Assembly: GCA_965231095.1 (NCBI GenBank) | Contig: OZ246416.1 | Coordinates: 249,228-313,227, forward strand | Length of the DNA stretch: 64,000 nt | Direction of reading: 5' to 3' | Source of the DNA: an uncultured Gammaproteobacteria bacterium | Lineage (GTDB): Bacteria > Patescibacteriota > Patescibacteriia > XYB2-FULL-38-15 | Position numbers and translations under genes: made by a program | Notes under the pieces: model-generated | The model's database searches: none | The model's input: only the letters and a program-made list of their open reading frames with translations | Told to the model about the DNA's origin: nothing | Shown here: positions 1 through 8,706 of the stretch, one piece after another | Layout: each line of letters opens with the position of its first letter | Position numbering within the stretch: position 1 is the stretch's first letter

Positions 1-1
1 T

Positions 2-169
2 CTTGAAGCCGTAAAAGTGACGGTAACAACCGTACCTTCCACCTCAGAAGAACCCATGAGAGCAATAGTATTTGAGGGAAGTGGGAAAATATTTATTTTA
101 GACGATGGTGAGACGGCGGATACAGAATTCGAAGATTTTTATAAAAGTTTCAAACTTACGAACTAGATA
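2..169 (+). CDS. 3' end of an upstream gene (partial, enters from the window edge); hypothetical
   Basis: An open frame runs from the window start to TAG at 167-169 (…FEDFYKSFKLTN*). No recognisable domain. Confidence 0.3.
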
Positions 170-269
170 AAAGTAAATTTGTTTTAATCGGCATAAACCA
201 GGGATGGGAGTTTTGTAATTTGTTTTTGGCGGCTAACGATTTGATTAAAATTTTGATTATTTCAAATAG

Positions 270-1505
270 ATGAAAACCAAAAAAGCGCGGCGGCCGAAGA
301 AAAAAATCCGTAGCGCTAAAAAAATTAAAAAAGCGGGTGGAAAGAAAAAAACAACCAAGCGCGGCGGGAAAAAACTTAAAGCGAAAAAAATCGCCCGGAT
401 AGTTGCGCCAAAAATTCTTCCGCCATCCGATACGGCAATAAAAATCCTCTTGGACAAGGGTCGCATGAGAGGTTTTTTAACTGACTCGGAAATTCTTTTT
501 ACTTTTGCCGATTTGGAAAATTACATTAAAAAATACGAAGAATTTTTAGATAAGATAGATGAGGCTGGCATTTCCATGGTGGAAGTGAAAAGCGATATTT
601 TGGGACGAACCGAAGAAAGAAAAAAACTTTTGTCTGATATTGGCGTGAGTAAAGAAAAAAAACGGCTGGACTTGGGCGATATTTCCACGGATTCAATCCA
701 AATGTATCTTCGCGAAATCGGCAAGGTGCCGCTTTTGACGACTGAAGAGGAAATGGCTTTAGCCCGCCGCAAGGATCAGGGAGATCAGGAAGCGTCGCAA
801 AGATTGATGGTTGCTAATTTGCGTCTTGTTGTTTCTATTGCTAAAAAATTCGTGGGAAAAAATTTGTCTTTGGCTGACTTGATTCAGGAAGGGAATATCG
901 GTTTGATGCGCGCGGTGGAAAAATTTGACCCGAGTAAGGGATATAAATTTTCAACCTATGCTACTTGGTGGATTCGCCAAGCGGTGACACGCGCCCTTGC
1001 GGATCAATCGCGCACCATCAGAATTCCGGTGCATATGGTGGAGACAATTAATCGTTATCAGCAAGTCGCGCGGCAGTTGATTCAGGATTTGGGACGCGAA
1101 CCGTTGCCCGAGGAAATTGCTTCGGAAATGGGCGAGGACGTGGAAAAAATTAGAAATTTAATTCAGATTTCTCAAGATACGGTTTCGCTTGATACTTCTG
1201 TCGGCGACGAAGATGAGGACAGTGTGCTTGAAGATTTCATTGAAGACTTCAAAAATGTTTCTCCGGATCGCGCCGCGGCCTTGCAACTTTTGCGCGAATA
1301 TGTTAAAGAAGCAATTAAGGATCTCTTGCCCCGCGAACAGAAAATTTTGGAAATGCGCTTTGGTTTGTCTGATGGAGTTTCGCATACCTTAGAAGAGGTG
1401 GGCGAGGAATTTGGCGTGACCCGCGAACGCATTCGGCAAATTGAAGCAAAAGCCTTGGAAAAAGTGCAAGGGTTCAAAGGTATTGAAAAGCTGAGGGACT
1501 ACTAG
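270..1505 (+). CDS. rpoD: RNA polymerase sigma-70 factor RpoD/SigA with a Lys-rich N-terminal extension
   Basis: Region 2 signature [40 protein letters not shown], plus region 3/4 motifs ([33 protein letters not shown]). ATG at 270. Confidence 0.92.
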   Translation: MKTKKARRPKKKIRSAKKIKKAGGKKKTTKRGGKKLKAKKIARIVAPKILPPSDTAIKILLDKGRMRGFLTDSEILFTFADLENYIKKYEEFLDKIDEAGISMVEVKSDILGRTEERKKLLSDIGVSKEKKRLDLGDISTDSIQMYLREIGKVPLLTTEEEMALARRKDQGDQEASQRLMVANLRLVVSIAKKFVGKNLSLADLIQEGNIGLMRAVEKFDPSKGYKFSTYATWWIRQAVTRALADQSRTIRIPVHMVETINRYQQVARQLIQDLGREPLPEEIASEMGEDVEKIRNLIQISQDTVSLDTSVGDEDEDSVLEDFIEDFKNVSPDRAAALQLLREYVKEAIKDLLPREQKILEMRFGLSDGVSHTLEEVGEEFGVTRERIRQIEAKALEKVQGFKGIEKLRDY

Positions 1506-1562
1506 GCGGTCGGGCTTGACTTTTGTTTTTTGCGGTGGTAAGTTAGAAAAAATTTACAATAT

Positions 1563-1637
1563 TCGGGGGTAGCTCAGCGGTAGAGCAGCGCGCTGTTAAC
1601 GCGTTGGTCGTGGGTTCGAATCCCACCTCCCGAGCCA
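1563..1637 (+). tRNA. tRNA-Asn (anticodon GTT), CCA encoded
   Basis: Hand-folded cloverleaf: acceptor TCGGGGG/CTCCCGA, D-arm GCTC-AGCGGTA-GAGC, anticodon stem GCGCG/CGCGT with loop CTGTTAA, T-arm GTGGG-TTCGAAT-CCCAC, discriminator G, then CCA. Confidence 0.85.
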
Positions 1638-3236
1638 ATGTGCACGAACAGAGGTCAAAGCCTCTGTTTTTGCTTTGTTCATCGGCCTCTTCGCCGGTTC
1701 TAACCTCAAATATTCTTTTTCCAGGGCGGGATAGCCATTTTTGATAGGCACAAACCAATCGTTCGGTTCAATAATAAGTTTTTCGCCTCTAATTATTGGA
1801 GTTTTTCCAAGTGCTGCCAAAATTTCTTTCTTCAGTTCTAACCCTGCTTTACCCATTTTGTCGGCTCTCAAGAAGGCTACACGTGCGTAGGTCGCGAAAT
1901 TGAAAGTTTTTTCAGTAAGTTCCAACCACTTGTCGGCTCGTGTTTCGGTTTGCCGTAAATTTTCTTTCATTTGGTTAATCTTTCCCTGAAGAGTATTTTT
2001 TTCTCTAACAAAAGTTTCGTCGTCAATAAGTTGGCGGTATCTCATTTTTGTTAGTTCATCCAACTCTTTTTGGGTTTCGGTCAAATTTTTATGTTGCATC
2101 TCATAAACCTTTGTCCGATCTTCAATCTCGTTGTCATTCTTCTTATTTAGCCCTTCCAGCGCCCATTGCAGGAATTCTGGTAGGATAGTATATTTTTCAA
2201 TTTCTTTTTCAATCATAAGCTCCAAGTCGGCCAATGGGATATTTTTTTTCTGGTTACATTTTACTTTTGTCGTTTTCCTTGTGCAGTGATAATAGGTGTG
2301 TTCATGTATCTCGCCAGATTTGAGCAGTTTCTTTTTAGTCTCGGCGGTATAAAGACAGCCACACACACCGCATCGAATTAAACCAGTAAAAGCGAAGTCG
2401 TGAGTCTTCGGCCTCGGTTTGCCTTTTCTCCCAAGGAGCATTTGCACCCGGTCATATTCTTCAAGTGTAATCATCCGTTCGTGTTTGCCTTCGTATTGCG
2501 CGCCGTTGTAGTCTATTACGCCCGTATAGAAGAGATTTGTGAAAATCCGATAAATACCACTTCTCGATAATTCATCGCCGCCCTTCCGCTTAAATTTTCT
2601 TGTCCGAAAGCCCCATTCCTTATTTGCAATATCTAAAATTTTCGGGGGAGTATAATTGCCGGTGAGCATTAAATCCCACATTTTACGAATAATGCTAAAA
2701 CGTTCTGGATCCGTGATTATTATTTTATTTTCTTTGTCGTTAAGATAGCCGAGCGGGGCCACTCCCGTTTGCCAGCCTTTCTCTAATTTGGAAAGCATGC
2801 CGCGTTTCGTATTCTTGCTCAAATCTATGATGTATTGGTTGGCAACGCCGCTTTCAACGCTAAAAAGTAAGACGTTGTCCTCTGGGAGATATTGGCGATC
2901 CATTGTTTGAATTGATTTTAAAACGCCTCTTTGCAAGAGCCAACTTATTTTTCCGCTATCAATCGGATTACGGGAGAGGCGGTTTATTTGCCAGCATAAA
3001 ATTCCGCCTGCTTCGCCATTTTCAATTCGTTGCAGCATTTCGGAGAATAGGGGACGGTTGTCTGGTTTTTTGGCTGATTTAGCCTCGGTATAAACTTTTT
3101 TGATATTTAAATTAAGATCGGTAGCAAGTTTTTTAAGCCGATTGACCTGGTCATCAATAGACTGCACTTGCCGGTCTTCACTTTCCGACGATTTTCTGGC
3201 GTAGATAAAGTATTTAATTAGTTGGTTTGCGGCCAT
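1596..3236 (-). CDS. Large serine recombinase (integrase). The ORF track start at 3329 is TTG; ATG at 3236 (MAANQLIKYFIYARKSS…) is the more plausible start.
   Basis: N-terminal resolvase catalytic domain (YARKSSESEDRQVQSIDDQ; PLFSEMLQRIENGEAGGILCWQINRLSRN), a recombinase domain (GVAPLGYLND), a zinc ribbon (CGVCGCLY…YYHC) and a C-terminal coiled-coil. The 3' end overlaps the tRNA-Asn 3' end, as expected for an element-encoded integrase running through attL. Confidence 0.85.
   Translation of the reverse strand: MAANQLIKYFIYARKSSESEDRQVQSIDDQVNRLKKLATDLNLNIKKVYTEAKSAKKPDNRPLFSEMLQRIENGEAGGILCWQINRLSRNPIDSGKISWLLQRGVLKSIQTMDRQYLPEDNVLLFSVESGVANQYIIDLSKNTKRGMLSKLEKGWQTGVAPLGYLNDKENKIIITDPERFSIIRKMWDLMLTGNYTPPKILDIANKEWGFRTRKFKRKGGDELSRSGIYRIFTNLFYTGVIDYNGAQYEGKHERMITLEEYDRVQMLLGRKGKPRPKTHDFAFTGLIRCGVCGCLYTAETKKKLLKSGEIHEHTYYHCTRKTTKVKCNQKKNIPLADLELMIEKEIEKYTILPEFLQWALEGLNKKNDNEIEDRTKVYEMQHKNLTETQKELDELTKMRYRQLIDDETFVREKNTLQGKINQMKENLRQTETRADKWLELTEKTFNFATYARVAFLRADKMGKAGLELKKEILAALGKTPIIRGEKLIIEPNDWFVPIKNGYPALEKEYLRLEPAKRPMNKAKTEALTSVRAHWLGRWDSNPRPTR
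1615..1637 (+). repeat. attL core: 23-bp direct repeat equal to the tRNA-Asn 3' end (ttcgaatcccacctcccgagcca)
   Basis: Exact 23/23 match to 9908-9930. Confidence 0.65.
1649..1672 (+). terminator. Rho-independent terminator after tRNA-Asn (embedded in the recombinase 3' coding region on the opposite strand)
   Basis: cagagg-tcaaag-cctctg hairpin followed by tttttg. Confidence 0.5.
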
Positions 3237-3455
3237 ATTTTTGTTACAATTTAGCTGGGAGAAAGGAAAGGCAGAAGTTTCCCCCTCCGAAACTTTTGAC
3301 CTCAACCCTTTTCTCTTCTTTAAACTCAAAGGGACGGTCTGGTTGACCCAGTCGCTTCTCCGTGAGGATAGGCTTCTGGCAGACCGCCCCTTAAAGGGCA
3401 GAAACCTATAAAAAATCTCACGGATTTGTCTTATGCTGGGTCAACGTTTTTATTA

Positions 3456-3706
3456 TATCACGATTTTCCACCATTTTCCACCATTTTGATCATAACTGAC
3501 AACGATTTCCCACGATTTCCATACTTTTCCAATATTTTAATCGTAATTTTCCCTGATTTTCCACGATTTTTATTCTTCGACCACCAATCATTTTCAATCA
3601 TTTTCAATCATTTTTATTCTCCTCTTTCCCGGCATTTCCGCCATTTTCCGCCATTTTTCCAATATTTTACATTATTTTTCCGCAATTTTCCGCAATTTTT
3701 ATTCAT
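3456..3706 (+). repeat. Iteron-like array of tandem 10-11 bp direct repeats (ATTTTCCAC/ATTTTCCGC family) between the recombinase start and the SpoVG-like gene
   Basis: ttttccacca x2, cgatttcc x2, caatcatttt x3, ccattttccg x2-3, ccgcaatttt x2. There are about 14 TTTCC cores, all on one strand at helical-turn spacing. Confidence 0.55.
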
Positions 3707-3832
3707 TCATTTTGTAAATAGTTACTTCTACCTTATAGGAAATCTATTAAATAACTTTATAGAGTTAAATATAGAAAGTTATTATATATTGTTAACTATA
3801 TAGATACTTAAATAATTAACTATGAGAGATAG

Positions 3833-4174
3833 CTATTTAGAAAATATTTTTTCAATTTCTTCATCCTGGACTCCCATTCTTTTTTGATAATGGCTGTTAG
3901 TCTGCTTATAGTATTCATTCCAAATCTTTGCTTGCAGGGCTTCCCAGAGGCCTTTTTCGGGCATAAAGAATATCGGACGGTATTTTCCACCCGCCGAGGG
4001 ATAAGAAGGGGGAGTGAGCCATAATTTATCACCTTTTAAGTTTGGATATTGCGACTCCATCACTCTGAAACCCTTGACTATAAGATCTCCAAAATCTACG
4101 GAAATTATGGCTTTTAGTTTTTGCCCTTCAAGCACTTTTACTTTAATAGAGATTACGTCTAAATCTACGTTCAT
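3833..4174 (-). CDS. SpoVG family protein (113 aa)
   Basis: Collinear with SpoVG: LKAIISVDFGDLIVKGFRVMES resembles [24 protein letters not shown], and the C-terminal …IWNEYYK resembles …VLNEYHR. ATG at 4174. Confidence 0.55.
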   Translation of the reverse strand: MNVDLDVISIKVKVLEGQKLKAIISVDFGDLIVKGFRVMESQYPNLKGDKLWLTPPSYPSAGGKYRPIFFMPEKGLWEALQAKIWNEYYKQTNSHYQKRMGVQDEEIEKIFSK

Positions 4175-4198
4175 AAATTTGTTTAGTTAATTGTAATA

Positions 4199-4396
4199 TT
4201 ATGTTTTTAAGTCGCCGGTCTCTTTCCGGCGTTCTTGTAGTTTTTTGTATTCCGTCTCGGTCACTGGTTTATAAATCAACTCAACTAATCGGATGAGTTT
4301 TGCACCCTGCTCATACGCTTCCTCTCGGCTGATTTCTTTGCCGAAGTAGTTTTTATAAAGCGTTTGATAAGTTTTAATTTGCTCATCCGATAGCAT
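4199..4396 (-). CDS. Hypothetical small protein (65 aa)
   Basis: ATG ORF inside the island with coding-like composition; no motif recognised. Confidence 0.4.
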   Translation of the reverse strand: MLSDEQIKTYQTLYKNYFGKEISREEAYEQGAKLIRLVELIYKPVTETEYKKLQERRKETGDLKT

Positions 4397-4399
4397 AGT

Positions 4400-4696
4400 T
4401 TACTCCGAGTAAATTCGGTTTTTTAACATTTTGATATTATCAAAGAACGTCCTCGCCTTAACTTCTAGGCGGTCTGCCCAGTAATTATCAACGACCTTTT
4501 CAATGCCGATTTCTCGGCGAAAGATAAACTGGACTTTTTTGGGATTGGATTTGTCTAATGAGACAAGCTCAAAACCCGCCGTTGTCAATGAGGCGGCGGC
4601 TCCCAAATCAAAGGTATATAGGTGTTGTGAGTAGTCATCCGCGGGAGCGAATTTATTATCACTCCCCGGTTGACCACCTCTGAGTTTTTTGGTCAT
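4400..4696 (-). CDS. DUF5659-like protein (98 aa)
   Basis: TFDLGAAASLTTAGFELVSL…KKVQFIFRRE…VDNYW…KARTFFDNIKMLKNRIY resembles the DUF5659 pattern seen in CPR mobile elements. This is from memory and was not searched. Confidence 0.4.
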   Translation of the reverse strand: MTKKLRGGQPGSDNKFAPADDYSQHLYTFDLGAAASLTTAGFELVSLDKSNPKKVQFIFRREIGIEKVVDNYWADRLEVKARTFFDNIKMLKNRIYSE

Positions 4697-4801
4697 ATAA
4701 TTTTAGTTAGGGTTTTGGCAAATTAAAAAAGCCAAAGTTTTTTATGCTTTGACTTTACCAAAGTGTCAGGTGAGTCAATTACGGCTCAATTGCCTCAAAT
4801 A

Positions 4802-5482
4802 TCAATAATTCCGTTTTATGGTTTTTTCTTGCCAAGTAAATAAATCGTCATTGGTATTTGCTATTTCTTTTATTCGTTTATTAAGGGCGTCCACAGCGTC
4901 ATAAACTATTCGCCAATTCTCTCGGCTGTTTTGAGGTTTGCCATAGTATGCTTCATAATATCCAGTCATTTTTTGATAAATAGATGACCAATCGATTGGT
5001 TCACTTACTCCGTGCTCATACATAGCGCGGCAGAGGTAATGTTCGTTTTTGTATGGTGGGATTTGGCATTTTTGACTGCCAATTTCCAAAATTGCTTTTT
5101 CGTCGTTATATTTTACTCCCAAAGTTTTTAATTCAACCGGTTCGGGGGCTTGTTTGGTAATTTTATTTCTTCTTTCTTGAACGGTGTCTGTAAAAATATA
5201 ATGAAACTCATAAAGTTGATCAAACGCCGGCTGAATTATATCTATGTAAACGTCAGCTCTTAATAGGTCAATGCTATTGGGATCTGTTAGTTTGATAACC
5301 CCGTCTTTGGCTAATTTCCTCAATATACCAATTTCGTCATCGGAAGAGAGCGAATTGTCCCAAATATTGGAAGCGACAAAATAAGGGATATGATTTTCTA
5401 TATCAGCGTATAGTGATCTTTCTTTAATCTTTTTTAAGACGTGCCAAATACTCTCATTGAATTTTTCCTCCGGAAGTGTCAT
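4802..5482 (-). CDS. Hypothetical protein (226 aa), divergent from the RT gene
   Basis: ATG ORF with protein-like composition (W/Y-rich) and no recognisable motif. Confidence 0.5.
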   Translation of the reverse strand: MTLPEEKFNESIWHVLKKIKERSLYADIENHIPYFVASNIWDNSLSSDDEIGILRKLAKDGVIKLTDPNSIDLLRADVYIDIIQPAFDQLYEFHYIFTDTVQERRNKITKQAPEPVELKTLGVKYNDEKAILEIGSQKCQIPPYKNEHYLCRAMYEHGVSEPIDWSSIYQKMTGYYEAYYGKPQNSRENWRIVYDAVDALNKRIKEIANTNDDLFTWQEKTIKRNY

Positions 5483-5595
5483 AGTAATTTATATTATAAT
5501 ATTGCGAAATAACGCATTTCCGATGTAAGATAATATTATCAAACGTTAGGTGTTAAATCAATAACTAGGGGGTCCCTGGTTTGGAGAAAACATTT

Positions 5596-6921
5596 ATGGC
5601 ATTTTATGGAAAAATTATAAAACAAGTCGGGGGAAAATTCTGGCGGCATATTCATAAGGAGACACTTATTCCATATAAGGGCAATATGCCTAGCCGGGAG
5701 AAATTTTTGAAAGATCTTTCAGAGAAGATAGAAAAAATGCAGTATATCCCATCGCCACCTCGTGCTTATATCGTTTCGCATAAACAGAATCTGGTTGTTA
5801 GGTTTATACCTACAATGCAGAGGAGCGATTACTGCATTTATTTTTTTTGTGTTAAATCTCTTGAAAAAGAGATTGCAAAAAATCGTGTGCGGGGCACATA
5901 TGGCGGTTGGAAATTGGGAGGGAAAATTCGAAGAGCAGAGAATGGCGACGATGCACCGTCTACACCAGACGCCAGCTATAACAGATTCGAATGGATGCGC
6001 GCCTGGACAGATTATCAAAAGAGAGCATATGGATTTTATCTAAATGATAAGTTTAAGTATTTTATCGTCTTTGATATTGCAAATTTTTATGACTCGGTAA
6101 GACTTGGAAGGCTTGAAATATTGTTGCGCGAAGCAGCGCAAAAAAATAAAACTTCAGTCGTTAATCTTTTAATATATTTTTTATCGAATTGGGGTAAAAG
6201 GGATTTAAATTACGAAAGGCAAAGCACCGGGTTACCGCAAGACGAGGTCGGAGACTGTTCGAGGATCTTGGCGAATTTTTATTTGCAAGATTATGATAAA
6301 AAAATCTATAAGATTGTTTCGAGAAAAAAGGGTGGTTATCTGAGATATGCGGATGACCAAATTATAGCCGCGCCCAACGAAAAGACGGCAAAAAAAATTA
6401 TGTTTCTCGCTTCGCAAGAACTCGCCAAAATCGGTCTAAATCTAAACGCAAGTAAAGCTAAATTTTTTGAGAATCGAGATGAATTTAGTTATTTTTGGTC
6501 ATTCGATATTTTCAAATTACTCGGAAATAAAAATAACAAAAAAACGATTGAAAGCGCGTATAGTCTTTTTAAAGCAAGGAAGGCTAAGGATATACAATTT
6601 AAATCCGATGCAGTTCTCAAGAGACTTCTAAGTTGCAATCTTCGTTGCATCTCCCGAAATGTTCGCGAAGAGATCCTCGAGATGGTAAATAGAAAAGAAT
6701 TTTTGATTAATGTTAAAGACTATTATCTCAAAAGAATATACGAATTTATGCCCAGAAATAAAAAAAGTATTTTTTTGAAGTATCTAAATAATTTATCAGA
6801 CGAAATCCTTTTTAATGAGTTTCATCTAAGAGTAATGAAATTTTTCCGTGAAAAAAGAATCGACGGGATTTATTCGGATAAGCTACACTCAAATCTATTG
6901 AAACTGAATGATCTCGTGTAA
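5596..6921 (+). CDS. Reverse transcriptase of the retron/Abi/UG (defence-associated) type with an alpha-helical C-terminal extension. The ORF track start at 5581 is TTG; ATG at 5596 is preferred.
   Basis: RT motifs: motif 1/2 (IPSPPRAYIVSHKQNLVVRFIPTMQRSDYCIYF), motif A (FKYFIVFDIANFYDSV), motif B (GLPQDEVGDCSRILANFYL) and motif C (LRYADDQIIAAP), followed by about 200 aa of helical C-terminus. There is no maturase X or endonuclease domain. Confidence 0.85.
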   Translation: MAFYGKIIKQVGGKFWRHIHKETLIPYKGNMPSREKFLKDLSEKIEKMQYIPSPPRAYIVSHKQNLVVRFIPTMQRSDYCIYFFCVKSLEKEIAKNRVRGTYGGWKLGGKIRRAENGDDAPSTPDASYNRFEWMRAWTDYQKRAYGFYLNDKFKYFIVFDIANFYDSVRLGRLEILLREAAQKNKTSVVNLLIYFLSNWGKRDLNYERQSTGLPQDEVGDCSRILANFYLQDYDKKIYKIVSRKKGGYLRYADDQIIAAPNEKTAKKIMFLASQELAKIGLNLNASKAKFFENRDEFSYFWSFDIFKLLGNKNNKKTIESAYSLFKARKAKDIQFKSDAVLKRLLSCNLRCISRNVREEILEMVNRKEFLINVKDYYLKRIYEFMPRNKKSIFLKYLNNLSDEILFNEFHLRVMKFFREKRIDGIYSDKLHSNLLKLNDLV

Positions 6922-6981
6922 ACGTATCTCGCTGATTAAATAACTTTCCAAAATTAATTAAAAACGCTATTATATAAATAC

Positions 6982-7153
6982 ATCTGCCTAAACCTCGCTC
7001 CCTCCGCGAGGCATGGCAACTAAATCCTACGCGAATAAAGATGGTCTCCTGACCAGCACTTATTCGCGTAGGTCCACGTCCGAAAGGGCGTGGGGCGATT
7101 CCGAAAGGGGTCGTCGCTGTGTTGGGAGACCTTTTTTGTTTCCCTAGGCAGAT
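6982..7153 (+). ncRNA. Structured non-coding RNA immediately 3' of the RT (retron msr/msd-like or DRT-like ncRNA candidate)
   Basis: A 9-bp terminal inverted repeat (atctgccta at 6982-6990 and taggcagat at 7145-7153) closes the element. Inside are hairpin cctcgc/gcgagg, a perfect 13-bp stem cctacgcgaataa/ttattcgcgtagg (7026-7038/7060-7072) with a 21-nt loop, and two GAAA-tetraloop hairpins (7074-7093, 7095-7117). It ends with gggagacc + TTTTTT. The GNRA loops read GAAA only on the + strand. Confidence 0.5.
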
Positions 7154-7174
7154 AACAATTAAAACACACAAAAT

Positions 7175-7867
7175 ATGAAAAAAAATCTTCCAAATTGGCT
7201 TCTTTGGATCGCTGTATTCCCGGGAGCATTAATTTTTGGCTTGCTTATATTGTTTCCCCTGCATTGGATACTTTATATGGCTTTTTCTTACGACGGGACT
7301 TTTTTATTTTTTGAGTTACCCCCAGAAACAAATTTAATTGTCGAGAACGCAATTTATCCTGCTGTTTTTGCTATTGCCTTCATCTTTGCCGGTTATAAAA
7401 TTGCGCCAAAATATAAATTTAAAACAGCGATTGTCCTTTTTGGAATTTACTCTATCGCTTGGCTGACCATGATCGCTATAGTATTTTTTCAACCCGACAT
7501 TTACGGCGAGAATTTGTCTTTTCCATGGAGAGCGGCGCTGTCGTTGGTAGGCGCAATTATAGGCTTATATGTAACAAAACGTTACGGAATAAAGAAAATA
7601 GAAGAGAACCCAGCAGAGGACAAAGAATTGGACGAGATGGTGGAGGACTTCAACAGAGAAGCCGAAGCAGAGGGAAAATTAGCCCCACCGCAGGACGAGG
7701 AAACCACCCAAGTAATATTTCAACCAGGAAAATCGAAAGACCGTGGATTGGACGAAGTGATCGCGGACTTCAACAAGGATATGAAAAAATTGGGCGTAAA
7801 GGTAGTGCCGCCGAAAGACGACGGGGAGATACAAGTAGTATTTCGACAAAATTTCAAAAACAAATAA
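7175..7867 (+). CDS. Multi-pass membrane protein (about 4 TM) with an acidic C-terminal tandem repeat; candidate effector of the RT module
   Basis: Hydrophobic N-terminal half. The C-terminus contains two approximately 35-aa repeats (LDEMVEDFNREAEAEGKLAPPQDEETTQVIFQ / LDEVIADFNKDMKKLGVKVVPPKDDGEIQVVFRQ). It starts 22 nt after the ncRNA. Confidence 0.6.
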   Translation: MKKNLPNWLLWIAVFPGALIFGLLILFPLHWILYMAFSYDGTFLFFELPPETNLIVENAIYPAVFAIAFIFAGYKIAPKYKFKTAIVLFGIYSIAWLTMIAIVFFQPDIYGENLSFPWRAALSLVGAIIGLYVTKRYGIKKIEENPAEDKELDEMVEDFNREAEAEGKLAPPQDEETTQVIFQPGKSKDRGLDEVIADFNKDMKKLGVKVVPPKDDGEIQVVFRQNFKNK

Positions 7868-7923
7868 GCCAACCTCAAAATAATAAGTTAATAATATTTA
7901 TAATTTTAACTATAACCTAAACT

Positions 7924-8262
7924 ATGCCTAAAATCATCATCACGTTACTCCTCCCAATGTTACTTTTGGGTGCGGGTTGCGGAGCTGCGACATCTGGAGG
8001 CGGGGAAATTAAAATCACAAATACCGCCGAGAAGCCCGCTCCCGCGCAAAATCTTTATAACCTCGACACCGCCGATTCCGAGAATGTAGATGACTGCGTA
8101 ATCAAGGGTAACATCTCGTCGTCTGGAGAAAAAATATATCACTTGCCAGGATGCGGATCATATAGCCGAACCGTGATTGACGAAAGTGCCGGCGAGGAAT
8201 GGTTTTGTTCAGAAGATGATGCTGAGGCGGCAGGTTGGAGAAAGGCAAAAAATTGTCCTTAA
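7924..8262 (+). CDS. Lipoprotein with a C-terminal 4-Cys domain (112 aa)
   Basis: Lipobox LLLGAGC; C-terminus [43 protein letters not shown]. Confidence 0.5.
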   Translation: MPKIIITLLLPMLLLGAGCGAATSGGGEIKITNTAEKPAPAQNLYNLDTADSENVDDCVIKGNISSSGEKIYHLPGCGSYSRTVIDESAGEEWFCSEDDAEAAGWRKAKNCP

Positions 8263-8305
8263 TCTGGCGATCTAAGAAAATTTATTTTTAAAAACTAATT
8301 AATTT

Positions 8306-8599
8306 ATGAGTGAAATTACACAACAAAATCAAGGTCATCCAAACGCGAGTGGCTCTATATTTTTGTCAGTTGTAGCGGTAGTATTAATGTTTTTTGGTAT
8401 ACCAGCCATACTTTCGTTGATACTGGTAGCAATATCATCTCGACAAATTTTCAATGCGAAAAAAGCGGGGGAGAGTAAGAAATTTATTATCATCAGTTAT
8501 ATATTTTTGGCAGTCTCCTTGATTCTAGTTTTGATTTTGTCTTTTATAGAAGTTGTTCCTTTTGTAATCCACAGCCTGAAAGAAGCAGAAGCAATATAG
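8306..8599 (+). CDS. Small membrane protein (97 aa, 2-3 TM)
   Basis: Hydrophobic segments flanking a K-rich loop. Confidence 0.45.
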   Translation: MSEITQQNQGHPNASGSIFLSVVAVVLMFFGIPAILSLILVAISSRQIFNAKKAGESKKFIIISYIFLAVSLILVLILSFIEVVPFVIHSLKEAEAI

Positions 8600-8706
8600 G
8601 GGTAAATTTTATCCTCATTGACTATGAGCCCGGCGATAATACCGGGAAGTGTTTTGTTTTGGGAAATAGAGTATAATTAAAATGTTTTTAACTAACCCCA
8701 TAAAAT

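Noticed and set aside
1596-3329. Recombinase start at 3329
   Set aside because: The ORF track start is a TTG about 31 codons upstream of the catalytic-domain start. ATG at 3236 gives the canonical spacing before the YxRxSS motif, so I kept the shorter model.
3456-3706. CRISPR array
   Set aside because: The repeats are 10-11 bp, directly abutting, with no unique spacers, and no cas genes are present anywhere in the window.
3426-3803. 125-aa + strand ORF (F/P/H-rich)
   Set aside because: It is generated entirely by the TTTTCC tandem-repeat array, has low-complexity translation and no start context, so it is an artefact of the iteron-like repeats.
4700-7153. Group II intron or DGR interpretation of the RT locus
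   Set aside because: There is no maturase X or endonuclease domain. Only about 100 nt lie upstream of the RT (no room for domains I-III). No domain V (AGC triad + 2-nt bulge) is present in the downstream structure. I could not find a TR/VR-like near-repeat of any RT-adjacent segment elsewhere in the window.
7459-7920. 153-aa ORF in an alternative frame of the island membrane-protein gene
   Set aside because: It overlaps the 230-aa TM protein ORF, which has a proper ATG and a clear hydrophobic pattern; the alternative frame is Arg/Gly-rich junk.
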